This document shows positions 11,961 to 23,500 of a stretch of 64,000 bases of DNA, piece after piece. The stretch comes from Amphiscolops sp. MND2022. Its lineage: Eukaryota. Each line of letters opens with the position of its first letter. Position 1 is the first letter of the stretch. A program made the position numbers and the translations under genes. The stretch is from the NCBI GenBank assembly GCA_964187785.1, contig OZ076418.1, forward strand, positions 38,874,001 through 38,938,000. Reading direction: 5' to 3'. The notes beneath the pieces are model-generated. The model was not told the origin of the DNA, made no database searches, and saw only the letters and a list, made by a program, of their open reading frames with translations.

Positions 11961-14260
11961 ATGGTATTCATTATTGGCGCTAGTTCACTGAACCGAACTC
12001 TTGATTCTATACATTACAAAACTAAAAAACTGTTTATCCGCAGCTGCTTTTCGGTATCAGGGCTTAGCTTTGACGATAATGCCATCAACCGTCATAACAT
12101 TTTTCAAACCCACTTGCCCGAGGATCTCTCAGTAAAGTTACCAATATTAATTTTTGGCACGACGTTATAAATAATTCAAATTCGCCCCTTAGAAGCAAAA
12201 ATTATAAACCAAGTTGGATCAATCAGCTTGTAGATAATCTCCTACTCTTCATGGACAGAATTAAAGCAATAGTTTACAGTCGTGTTGTCGTCTTGGCACC
12301 GGGGACATCAAAAGGCGGTCATTCAGTTCACAGATCATTATCATCGATGTTGTTAGAAAATTAAATTCACACAGGAAACGAAAGGACAACACAATCCTGT
12401 CCGACTTGCAACAGGTGCATCCGCCAGAGCTCTAGAATTCAAGCTTCTGTCAAAAGTCTGGAATCATCGGTATCAAGTACAAAGGTGTAGGAGTGTAGAT
12501 GATAAAAATGAACACCACATTGCCGTCATAAGGAGAGTTCCGTTAGAATTGTCCGCCTCGGACCTGGCATCAGCTCAAACGGTTAATTTCCGCGGTGTCA
12601 GAGTCAGGCGATTTGTCAAACGCGATGGAAAAACACTGCAAATTGTCAAACTGACGTTCCCCACGAAAGCCATGTTGGACAAGGCAACAGCCGATGGTCT
12701 TTTCTTTGACCATTTCTACTACAAACCGGTACAGCAAGGAATACGAATGATTCGCTGCTACAGATGTCAAAAGTTCGGAACTATCAGTTCCAATAGCCAT
12801 TCGAAAATGACAAGCAAACATTGCTTCGGTGAGCACTCTGTCGACAACTGCAAAAACAGTCAGCCTGCCAGGTGCGTCAATTGCAGCGGAAACCACGATA
12901 CGGATTCACTTGACTGTGCAACTCAAAACAAACAGGTACATATAGTTTATCAGGCGCTAGGTGTACAAGCACCGACAACAAGGAACCGTGTATCAAGAAA
13001 AGATGGCTAATCCTAATTTCTCTTTCTTACAGACTATTATATGCGGCCCAAGTGATCATAGTGAAATAGCATTGAATCAATATCTTCAAGAAACTAATGC
13101 TGATATCGCTGTCCTGAATGAAACCAAGACAAAATTGAGCGCAAAAGTTTTAACAATTTCACAATATTCAGTTGTATGAGTGGAAGGTCTGGGAGCGTCG
13201 CATTATCTGGAAAAAACCACATTCCTTACTCAAGACTTGATGAACTTGAGGACACCGCTGTTGATAATGTTGTTCTGACTGTTAGACTGGGAGGAATTAA
13301 GTTGGTTGTAACTACTTCAAATGTAAGACCGAATGACATTGAGGGCTCGAGAAGGGCTCTTTTATGTTCACAAAAATGGCCTGGGTGGAGCTCTTTTCTT
13401 TGGTGACCTCAGTGCAAGGCATATTTTTTTGGGGGGGGGACAAATCGTGGAACTCATTAGTTGAGGAACTAGTTCAAAAATCTGAGCAATTCAGAATTTT
13501 CAACGACGGTCAGCCAACGTTTTTAGCAGCTATTGGCTCCAGCGTTATCGATGTTTGCATCTCTTATGAGCCTGTGTTCGATAGATGTAAACACACTCTG
13601 TCTACAGATGAATTTTCAGAGCTGTTCACTTGTGCTCAATTGAGGGGTCAAATTCTTGTTGTTATGAGATTGGAATGTCGTAGCAACCCTGAAACATCCA
13701 AGAAGTTCTGGATTGAAAAAAATGATTGGTCATGTAGGACTTCTTTTATTGAGGGCCGAATAGATGTTCCCATGGTTATTGAGGAAAACCCTGTTTTTCT
13801 TTGGAACGAGTTCAAAAACCTGCTATTGAAGCTTCGTTTGTTCACAAACCTCTCAAACGTGTTTCAAATCATAGCAAACCGTTTTGGATCACAGAGGTGA
13901 CTGTCGCAAGCAATGAGTTTGGACTTTTACGAAAAAAGTTCAAGTACAAGTCATTTTTTGTGAACGGACAGAAGCTGATGGCAGCGAAAGAACGGTTCAA
14001 ACTTCTTTTCAAAAAAGTGTATCTGAATGAATGGAAAACTACCAGTCATCGCTCGAGCATTGGAAAGGAAGAGAGGTTTGGACGTTAAACATTTTTCAAC
14101 ACTAAACATGAAGAAATTGGACTAATACGCAGTAAAGATGGCAGGCTCTTATATGCTCCAGAAGAAGTTAGCAAAGAATTCGAAACCACGTACTTCGGAG
14201 GAGAACATCTAAAAAAGCAAAGTTTTAACGATGCAAGACAACTGAAAGTAGAAGCCGAAA
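11961..14260 (+). mobile_element. 5' half of a LINE: SGNH-like upstream ORF, gag-like CCHC ORF1 and APE endonuclease, degenerate
   Basis: 12549-13010 has CYRCQKFG.., C..HSVDNC and CVNCSGNH...LDC zinc knuckles; 13000-13900 has DIAVLNETK, GDLSARH and PTF..IGSSVIDVCIS endonuclease motifs; 11961-12370 has IIGASSL..SGLS..WHDVINNS. Confidence 0.8.
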
Positions 14261-15429
14261 TAAACCAACTATGTGATGATCCAGAACATGAAAATGAACT
14301 ATTTCAATTTGCCAAAACGAGCCTCCCTGTCATTATTTTTCGGTAAGAGTCTTGTAGAAATTTTTTTATCAACGTTGCAACAATTACCTTCTCTACCAGA
14401 TTATCGTACAATTCAAAGTGATCTGCGGTCACTTGAAAAGAAGATCTTGGACAGATTGAAATATGCAACCCATTACGGGGTTCAACTAGGTCATTGGATA
14501 GATTTTAATCGTAACTCTTTTCTTGTCGTAATTGCTTCTTTTATAACTGACTCTTTTATAGATGTCGTTCATGTTATCAACTTTAAAGATGTTCTATCTA
14601 TCGGTGGCAATTTTGTTGGATGTGGGGCCCATAGATTATTCTGATTTTGACAGAAGCAACGTCAAACTGCCATTTTTTCAAACAAATAAACTGCTTCTGC
14701 AAAATTGCCTGGACACTAGATGGTACGGAAATTGTAACCAAATCGAATTTACCATAAAACCCTAACCAAGATTCAAGAAGTCCGAAATGTTAATTATTTG
14801 ACGTTTTCTGAGTTAGACGAGAAGGCAGTCAACGACATGCGAAATGTTTTGACCAACAAGAAAATGGCGGGGGAATGTTTTGAGAGCCAGTCGCCAATAA
14901 CTGATAGTATTACTAATACAGTCAGAAAACTGAATATCGCATTAAATAATGTATCAAGAATGGACTCCATCCATCAAACTGTAAGAAACTTCTGCGTATT
15001 GGTGTTAGTTTTATGGGCAAAGAAAGAAGATTAGAATATATCCCTGATGTTCTTTACGGCGCAGCGCTTTCATATCCATCGAAGCTTGCTCGTTCCAGAT
15101 TCATCGACAGCGAAAACGAAAAGGGTTATTTGTATCTTAAAACATTTGCTGATAGCCATCAAAAGGTAATACATCAGCCAGAGGAATAAGATCCCGATCA
15201 AGTTCCAGAAAAAAGCGATTTAGACAAAGTATTTAAATTCTAACGGAATCAGAAACTAGTTTGACTCTAAAAAAAAATCAGCGAAGAATACATAAGAATT
15301 CAAGACACCGTAAACAGTGATGACACCGCATTTGAGTTCTTCAAAAAGGCAAACAAGAATGACCATTTCTTTCAAAGCTGGCCCAATATGTTCTTGGTGT
15401 ATTGCCCTCGCCAGAAGTTGCAGAAAGAG

Positions 15430-16533
15430 ATTTTTTTAAAGTTTTTAGCTTTAATGAAGATCTATTTTAGCTTTGATGAAGATTTTTTGATCTTATTCAA
15501 GTCTTACTTATACTCAAGGTCACAATGTGTATCAATTAATGGCTCCCTCTCCCAGATGGTGGATATTAATAGCGGTGTACTTCAAGGCAGTGTCCTCGGA
15601 CCTCTTTTCTTCATTATTTTTACAAATGATCTTCCTGACAAATTTGTCAATTCCTCATGCTATTGGTTTGCAGATGATAGTAAATTACTGTCTCTTCTGA
15701 CCAAACCTGATTTACAAAGGGATATTGATCACTTTCCTGAATTGTCTTACAGGAACAAAATGGAATATAACATTGACAAGTGCAAGTCAATCACTTTCGA
15801 GGAAACATTAGCGTCGTCGGATCCTCTGTTTCTGAACGGTTATATTGTCCACACCGTTGACTCTAATATTTGACCTTGGAATCACCATTTCAAACAAAAT
15901 TACATGGGACAACCATATTCAAAAGAAATTGGTGGCTGCTAGAAAAGCTTATCTTTTCTTGGAGCGCTCAATTCCTCATAGTGTTAGTTTTTCCACAAAG
16001 CTTATGTACTACAGGTTGTGTGTTCTGAGTATTTTACTATACGGATACCAAAAATGGTACCCCTCCATTAATTACCGACGGAAGTTGGAACTATTCAATA
16101 AAGAATGCTTTTTTGGGTAACTTGTTTACAAAATTTTTCACAGCAGCTGGCAGCGTCAACCACCCTACCTCTATCATTCTATTTGGTCCTAAATGACATG
16201 ATCTTCCTCAACAAGGTCATAAAAAGCAAATATGACCTAAATCTCAGCACCTTTATTTGTTTCAGCAAACGTTGCAAGGATCTCAGAAGTTCCAAATACC
16301 AACAACTCCTGCCAGTCAAAAGATGTCGCAAATTCTCCACGAGAGACTCCTTCTTCCAAAGAGTCTGTGACTACTCCAACTTCCTCGCCACAAAAGAGAT
16401 TGACATTTTTGACCCAACTGAAAAATTTAAACATGAACTCATGGCATACCTACGCAATCTAGTCCCAATGTTCAATTTAGACCGAAGCTGCTCCTGGTTT
16501 ATTAAATGTCTCTGTAGCATCTGCCGCTCTTAG
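15430..16533 (+). mobile_element. CR1/L2-like LINE RT C-terminal fragment
   Basis: SYLYSRSQCVSING, SGVLQGSVLGPLFFIIFTNDLP, WFADDSKL, DLGITIS, LSILLYG and DSFFQRV; ends CSWFIKCLCSICRS*. Confidence 0.9.
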
Positions 16534-16720
16534 ATTTGATCAACTCAGTTTGTAAAAGCCTACATTTTAACTGCTTGAATGTTCCTTTATATGAAAAAGG
16601 AATTAAGTCTTCTAGTACTGGTAGTAGTAGTAAAGCAGGGTACTTGTCTGCTGGACTACGGAACCGCATCTTGACAGAAAAAGTTGAAACTTGTTCAAAT
16701 TTGCAGTGCAATACCACATA

Positions 16721-18715
16721 AGTAGTAGTAGTAGTAAAAGCCTCAATTCACTGAAGACAGGAAGCGTAAACAACAAAACGTATGAGTGCTGCATTTACAT
16801 GTTTGAAAGATATATATTTAGAAAGAAATACGATATCAGGAACGACACACAAAACATCTACTTTTCACATGATAGGTACACATGTTATTGTAGTTAAACT
16901 TTGTTCTAGTCAGATTTGTCAAATATTCAGAAAGTGCATGTTTGAATTTTTCCAACGGCCAATTAAAGTCAATGATTTTATCTGCAAGTAACACATTGCT
17001 TATCCAAGGAGCACGAATACAATGCTTTTCCATGGATTTCCACATTGAGGAGTAGCTGATTTCAAAAAGATCAAGTCGTGAATTTCTGGTTGGATTGCAT
17101 TTTTGCTTCAGAGGCATCGTAATATGGAAATGGACACGTTTGTTCACTATTTTCCAGAGAAAAATGACATCGGCCCAACAAGTTGATAACAAATTGGAAG
17201 GAGATCCAATCTTTCCAAGGTACATTCATAATCCAGGCCAGGACAGATCCATCGGAGCACTTTTTCTGGAAATTTTCCAAGCACTGTAGGCTAAAACAAC
17301 AAGGGGCCCAACAAGGTGAAGCATACAAAAGAATACTCAGAACTGAAGTTTTATACAACATTAACTTCTTTCCAGTTGAGAGACTAAACGGTAACACACG
17401 TCTGATAAATTTGATCCGTTTTTGGATTGCTTTTAGGATGTGATCTTTCCATTTTAAATCTTTTGATATCGGGACACCTAAATCCAATATTTGATCTACG
17501 GAAATGAATGGGTTTTCTCCAAGGCGTAACGTCGAAGGTTGCGTTGAATTTGAGCAGGGGAAAAGCTTCAACTTTGTAGTATTGAACTCCGTTCCGTTAT
17601 CATCAGCCCATTGTAGTAGACTGTTGATATCCATTTGGGTTTCAATGTTGGGTACAGTTGCGATCAGTTTGAGATCATCTGCAAAAAGAAAATCATGTGT
17701 GTATCGAATAACAGAGGGTAAGTCGTTTATAAATAAGAGGAACAACAGGGGACCCAGGGTGCTGCCTTGTGGTACTCCCGAAGTTATGGGCAGAATGCTT
17801 GAGCAAATGTCTTCAGAGCGAACACATTGTGAGCGGTCTGAAAGATAAGAGGCAAGTAACATTGTGACATTTCGATCAAAACCAAAAGACGGGAGCTTTT
17901 TGATGAGAAGATCATGAGGCACAGTGTCGAAAGCTTTCGCAAAATCGAAGTAAACACAAGATAAGGGGATGTTTCGATCCAAACAATCATACAGGGCATC
18001 GAGATAGTGAATCAGTTGGGTTACTGTATTTCGCTTAGTCATAAAACCGAATTGTGATTTGACGATTTCAGCTCTGACACGAGGATAAATATGATCGAAA
18101 AGTATCTTCTCTAGAATGAGTGAAACGCGTGGTAAAATGCTTTTCGGCCGGTAGTTAGTAACACAAGAAATAGATCCAGACTTATGCAGAGGGTTTATGT
18201 AAGCTAATTTCCTTTCGGAAGGCCAGCTACAAGATTGAATATTGTACTGCAGGTGCAATAAGATAGCCAGTATGTTTAAGCACAAAACAAGGAATGCCAT
18301 CGGAAGCACAAGCAGTTGAGTTGTCAGCAAGTGTTAAGAGGGATACGATAGTTTCTAATTTGATATCGAGGTCGTTCAACGAAATTTCAATGTTTTCGGG
18401 CCATACCATGTCATCAAGGTTTACCATAGTAGCTGGTTTGTAGACGGAGGCAAAATATTTATTTAGCAGTTCACATTTTGAAAAATCGTCAGCTGCTGTA
18501 TTGTCACCATTTTTGAGCGTATTTGGTAAGCCCCTTTTTTTTATTAAGAGACCGTAATAAATTGAAACAATGATTAGAATCTTTCAAATGTAGGTTTTCA
18601 ACTAAAGAGGCTTTGTCTAATTCAGTGGAGAAAGATAGATTTTGTTCACAGATAACGAGAGAAGCTGCATAAGAGGCGTTCCAATTTTTATATAATTTTC
18701 TATGTAAAGTGTTTT
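16721..18715 (-). mobile_element. 5'-truncated CR1/L2-like LINE with largely intact RT and an (ACT)n tail
   Basis: ORF 17071-18330: NYRPKSILP, QFGFM, YFDFAKAFDTVPH, SGVPQGSTLGPLLFLLFINDLP, FADDLKL. C-terminus in ORF 16836-17225. (AGT)n tract at 16721-16736 on the plus strand. Confidence 0.93.
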
Positions 18716-18880
18716 TACAATTTGCTAGGTGGATAGTATGAGATGAGAAGTAATATGGATATAATTTGCGCTTTTTACGTTTTTTAGATTTTTTTGGATT
18801 TTTTTTGCGATTTTTTTTCGGAATAAAAAATTTGATTCTCCTAGTTTTGTTTTAATAAAGCTATTATAGAATGGGAACAT

Positions 18881-18996
18881 GACGTTTCGGCAAAGACGTT
18901 TCGGCAAAGACGTTTCGGCAAAAAAAATCGAGACGTTTCGGCAATTTTTTTGCCGAAACGTCCGCCGCCATGTTTTTGCCGAAACGTTCGGAATTC
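18881..18996. repeat. Palindromic GACGTTTCGGCAA/TTGCCGAAACGTC repeat cluster, copy 1 (MITE-like)
   Basis: Three tandem GACGTTTCGGCAAA units followed by inverted copies, ending in GAATTC. Confidence 0.75.
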
Positions 18997-19224
18997 ATAT
19001 CAAGTACCCCTCGGATATGTCCCCATTTCCTCTAGTGCCCTGCGGCCCCTTGGGGCCGCTTATATTCCCATCTTGCTAAGCGAGGTCGAACAGGAGCAAA
19101 GACCTAGCGGGAACGGAGATCGCGAAGCGATCGTAGTGGGAGCTGGTCTTTGCGACGGTGAGGGCGAGCGTGCATACACCGCATATGCCCCACATTATGA
19201 TATTTCCGGGAGTTGACATTTATT

Positions 19225-19570
19225 ATAATAATAATAATAATGGGTTTTTCCCGAAGGAGGGGACAGGGTCCCAGAATTCCACAGGTTCTCCTTAAAGTTG
19301 TCCGGCTTTCGCCTAACTCGTCATTTTCCACGTCGACTTTATATGATAATTGTAGGAATTGGCAAAATATTCTTTGAAAACTTTGGTAAGATCTTCTTTA
19401 ATTGTGGGAGATAGTAGGTCAATGTCTTTCTTGGTCGCTTGGTGAATCGCAATAGACCGGTACCAGAAATTCAGGACGATATTATCGATTCAGTAATTGA
19501 CACTTAAATTGTTTGACAATGTTAATTGGTTGACTTTAATACAAGTTCTTCCTGCAATTTGTTTTTCCTA
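19225..19570 (-). mobile_element. LINE 3' fragment with (TTA)n tail
   Basis: Minus strand reads NFWYRSIAIHQATKKDIDLLSPTIKEDLTKVFKEYF..STW, similar to the C-termini of the other LINEs here; the 3' UTR has TCC-TTCG-GGA then (TTA)n. Confidence 0.6.
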
Positions 19571-19580
19571 TATAATGCGA

Positions 19581-19674
19581 GACGTTTCGGCAATTTTTTC
19601 AGCCTGAGTCGTTTCGGCATATTTTTTTTGCTGAAACGTCCTCCGCCATGTTTTTGCCGAAACGTCCTGAATTC
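19581..19674. repeat. Palindromic GACGTTTCGGC repeat cluster, copy 2 (same orientation as copy 1)
   Basis: Closely matches ~18920-18996 and also ends in GAATTC. Confidence 0.75.
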
Positions 19675-19779
19675 TATAGAATACTATTATTGATTGATTT
19701 TTGCAAATACTATAGTAAATACTATGATAATTGATATTAGGATCATCACTGACAAGAGGTTATTTCTGAAGTGTTGCAC

Positions 19780-20200
19780 TAAAACTCCGCCAGCTTATAA
19801 CACACTATCGCTCCTATTCAACCTCCAAAGTTCTGAAGTTATAAAAAATATATGAATTGCTGATTCGCAATTCTTTCCCTTTAGCAGGTTACTCTTGGAA
19901 AAATTGGCAGACGAAGTCTCCGTATGTCGCCGTGGCAAAAATGAGGAGACTGCCGAACATTTCTCCATGTGGCCTATACAACGACATCATACCTGAAGAC
20001 AGTGACTCATTGAATCTCCTAGACCCTGAAGACTGCAGAACTATTGTGGACTACATCTCATTCAACGAAGTTAAACGGAATCGTATAACTCTCATCATTA
20101 AATTCTAAGATAGCTTTATCCAACTCTCAATGCTTCCTTTGTCTATTTATATGTAAAACGCTCTCCCGCAAATTGGGGTTATTATAATATATATAAAGTT
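19780..20200 (+). mobile_element. LINE 3' end fragment with a C-terminal CCHC-type zinc finger
   Basis: Read across a frameshift: VCRRGKNEETAEHF..CGLYND, a decayed C-x-C-G-x-ET-x-EH-x-C motif, followed by an AT-rich tail. Confidence 0.55.
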
Positions 20201-20249
20201 ATTTTTGTATATATTAAATTTGTACTTTCACTATCATTAAGAATAATTG

Positions 20250-20342
20250 AAGAATTAATCTTCATGATTAATGAGATACAGTTGGGTGATCTTTATTTAA
20301 GATCACCCAACTGTATCTCATTAATCATGAAGATTAATTCTT
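20250..20342. repeat. Perfect 44-bp inverted repeat with a 5-nt loop
   Basis: 20250-20293 is the exact reverse complement of 20299-20342. Confidence 0.97.
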
Positions 20343-20424
20343 TCTTCTTACTACCACCACTACTACTATGTTTACAGACTCACTTGCATTCTTTTTTCTT
20401 GGTGATCAAGTTTTTTTCAGAATC

Positions 20425-20584
20425 ATGTCAAAAGTGAATCAACGGACAACCTTTTGGCACTCTGCACCATCGAAGAGAATAAGTAGGGGTACTGATCCGC
20501 AAGACACCAGAGCTTCGACTCGCACTGGGTTACCTCCGATAGAACTGCATCCAAGCATTTCTTTCGAAGAAACTTTCGTGCGTG
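20425..20584 (+). CDS. Host gene, first coding exon (MSKVNQRTTFW...TFVRG)
   Basis: Acceptor TTTTTTTCAG ends at 20420, ATG at 20425, donor GTAAAA at 20585, phase 1. Confidence 0.65.
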
Positions 20585-23500
20585 GTAAAAATTTTGGTAC
20601 GTTTTTGTTGTATTTTTTTCGCATTTTAATATAATCTTATCATGAATTCATCATTTGATATCCAAGATAACTGCTGTCAAATACGTAGCAATTAGTTGTC
20701 AAATTACCTGGTGAAGTTTTTGAAAATCAAATGTTTCGTTTCAGGCAAACCAGTGAAATCGAATATTGCTGTTCAAGCTATCCCCAGAGACATCAGACAT
20801 GCAGCGGTTGAGGTTAATTCATTTCATATCTCCATTTTGAATTTTGATTACTTCCCAAACCCTGAATGCATGGATACTGTTGAATAAAATATCGCAACGT
20901 TCTGTATGTAACTAATTGATGCTCTTCTTACTATACACAAGCTTAAAAATCTGTATACTCAGTAAGAAAGTTTGATTTTTTGTATTTTTCCTTTTACGTT
21001 ATTAAATCATTCGGAAAGGTCGCTTCAAATACCCTTCGTCATAAAGAAGTCGCTATAGAGTCCAATTTACGTGAATAGGCTCGCACTTTAATTGTTGTGA
21101 AAGAACAAAACTCTTGAAATTGCTTGACGTATTCGCTAGAGTTTTTTGAATGTGTCTTTTAGTTGAGCGAAAAACCGACAGTTTTGTGAGTAAAATGCGT
21201 TTTTCGATGTTTTCTTTGTTTCGAGAATATTTTTCAAAATGTTTCATGATTCGTCGCTATAAAGACGGAAAATTCAAACGGTGAAATAGCAACTTCGTCG
21301 GCATAAAAACCGATTGGTTTATGTTTGCCGTTCTATGAAAGAAAATTGTCATCTTTAACATAAGTTTGAAACTTTGTTCAGATATGGGTCATCAATCTAA
21401 TTTTCATTATCAAAAAACATGTCGCTACAGACGCAGTCATAGTCTCACTCCTCTCTGGTTCCCAAACATCGTAATGCTCAAATGGGCACATCTTATAAAA
21501 ATCGAAAGCGTTGCAGTCAAAAATCAATGGGTGTTAGACTTCACCTGATTTTGTCATAATCGAAAATAACCAAAAATAAATAAAAATTATTTGAAAGTTA
21601 TTTAAGGCATATTACACCATTGTGCATTATAAAACTTTCAATGAGTCTGGAAAGGTGGTTCAGTATTTCGAAATAATGAAATGGATAATAGGTACTTTTA
21701 TCGAAAAAGCTCGGTGTGAAAAAAAATTGAGGCTGTTCTCAAATAGCTGTTTGAAAAAGGCCAAATTTTCGGTAAACTGGTTGATCCAATTGTTGCTGAA
21801 AAATTACAATCCGAATTAAGTGCTTCTTCTCTACGTCTCTCCACTTCGAATCCCCTGTTCATTTGTCCAATGATAGTCGAAATGAAATAACCAGCGCATC
21901 AACTCCGATATCTTTCCTGCACAATAGTTTTTCGGGATGCTTTGGCCAGCCTTTTTTCGGCAATATCAAGTTTTTGCAGTATATCTGTCCACGCCATGTC
22001 TCATTAGATTTCAGAAAGAATGTAAATGAATGGTGGTCTTGTCCTATGTGTTGTACTATAAAATGATATTCTGTCTCTAGATAGACACAGCCCGAGGAGG
22101 TGGTGGTGGCGGTGCTGGTAGACAGAACTACTTGAAGGCCATGATTGCAGATCTGCAGAATGACGTCAGAATGAAGGAGGAGGAGCTGGAACACGTGACT
22201 GAGTTGTGTGACTCCACCAAAGAAAAACTCATCCAAGTTAGTAAGGTTTTTTACGACTGTTGAGAAATTCTCTTTGTATTCACCACTTTTGGTTTCTATT
22301 TTTTTTTCATAATTCTGTTATACTTGAATAGCACGGTCCCGCAAACATTTGAAACATGTTTCTGGGATGTCTCTGTACCACTGTACTTGAGCAGATTTAG
22401 ATCGCGACTACTCTGTTATGATAATCCATGATTCACTTCGTTTCATATTTGAGTCGAGAGTAATTATTTTATTATTTGAGTGATTGAGAAAAATCAATAC
22501 AGACAGAAGCAGTCCGTTTTTGGTGGAAACGACTAACCGAAACTCAATTGGATTTTGAAGACCATCTCGTTTTGAGTTTACTATTAACATCATAGTGTCA
22601 CTATTTTAGGCATTGCTCGACAAATAAGATTACGTCACGATATTTAGTTGGTTTTTGATGTTTTTAGAGTGAGCGCAGAGTGTCTGAGTTGGAGTACGTA
22701 GAGCTGAGAGTTGTTGAGCTTGAGAATGACGTCATGACTAAGGAGAAGATCATCATGGATCAGACTCAGAACATACATCAGCTCAAGACACATCATGCGG
22801 ACACTGTAAGCCGCATGCTCAAAGAGGTATGTGTACTCACTTCTCTGTTTTTATCTGGATGAGGTTTTCGTTTATAGTAGTAGTTTGTTTTTATGTATTC
22901 TGGTCGAACTTAGGGGAGGGGGGGTTTAGTTTATAAAAATTTTGCACAAAGTCCCGGATTCGATCCCGGGACCTCAAGGATGAAAATCAGGGTATCTAAC
23001 CATTATGCCACGAGACCTTCCCAACTAGACATAAGGTTCCATAAATAACGATCACTCATTTAATTCGTAAAAGTTATCAGAGACGGTTGACTCTGTAGGA
23101 ACATGAACGGGACACAGTTGATTTGGGTAGTGCTTTTTGACCTTCACGTTTATTGATGCAATTCTTACAACTCCAATAATATAATCCGACTGTCTAAGGG
23201 GGGTGCGTCAGCTTGCATATTTTTTTGACCGGTTGAAACAAGATTAAGCGGCGCTTGTCTGAGAGGGGTGCGTCAGCTTGCGTCTGTCGTCGAACCCGAA
23301 TAACCTCCGATAGGTCAATTTAAGAACAAAAATTCTCAAAAATATAATAAAAAATCTCCAACTTTGTTGCAAATCAGTTAGCCTCACAAGCAAAAATTGT
23401 TGAACATAACCAATTCTCACATGCAATATTTGATTGGAAATACCATTTCAGATTGAAACTAAAAAAAATCAAAAGAATCAGTGAAACAAACCTATTTCGC

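Noticed and set aside
16690-16720. U1/U2 snRNA fragment (TATTGCAC on the minus strand)
   Set aside because: An isolated 8-mer with no Sm site or other snRNA sequence around it.
19081-19153. SRP RNA or twister ribozyme
   Set aside because: Only short word matches (AGGTCG..GGAGCA, GTAGTGGGA); the required helices and pseudoknot pairings cannot be formed.
23195-23290. Polinton terminal inverted repeat
   Set aside because: No reverse-complement partner exists in the window and there is no AG-type terminal motif with a 6-bp TSD.
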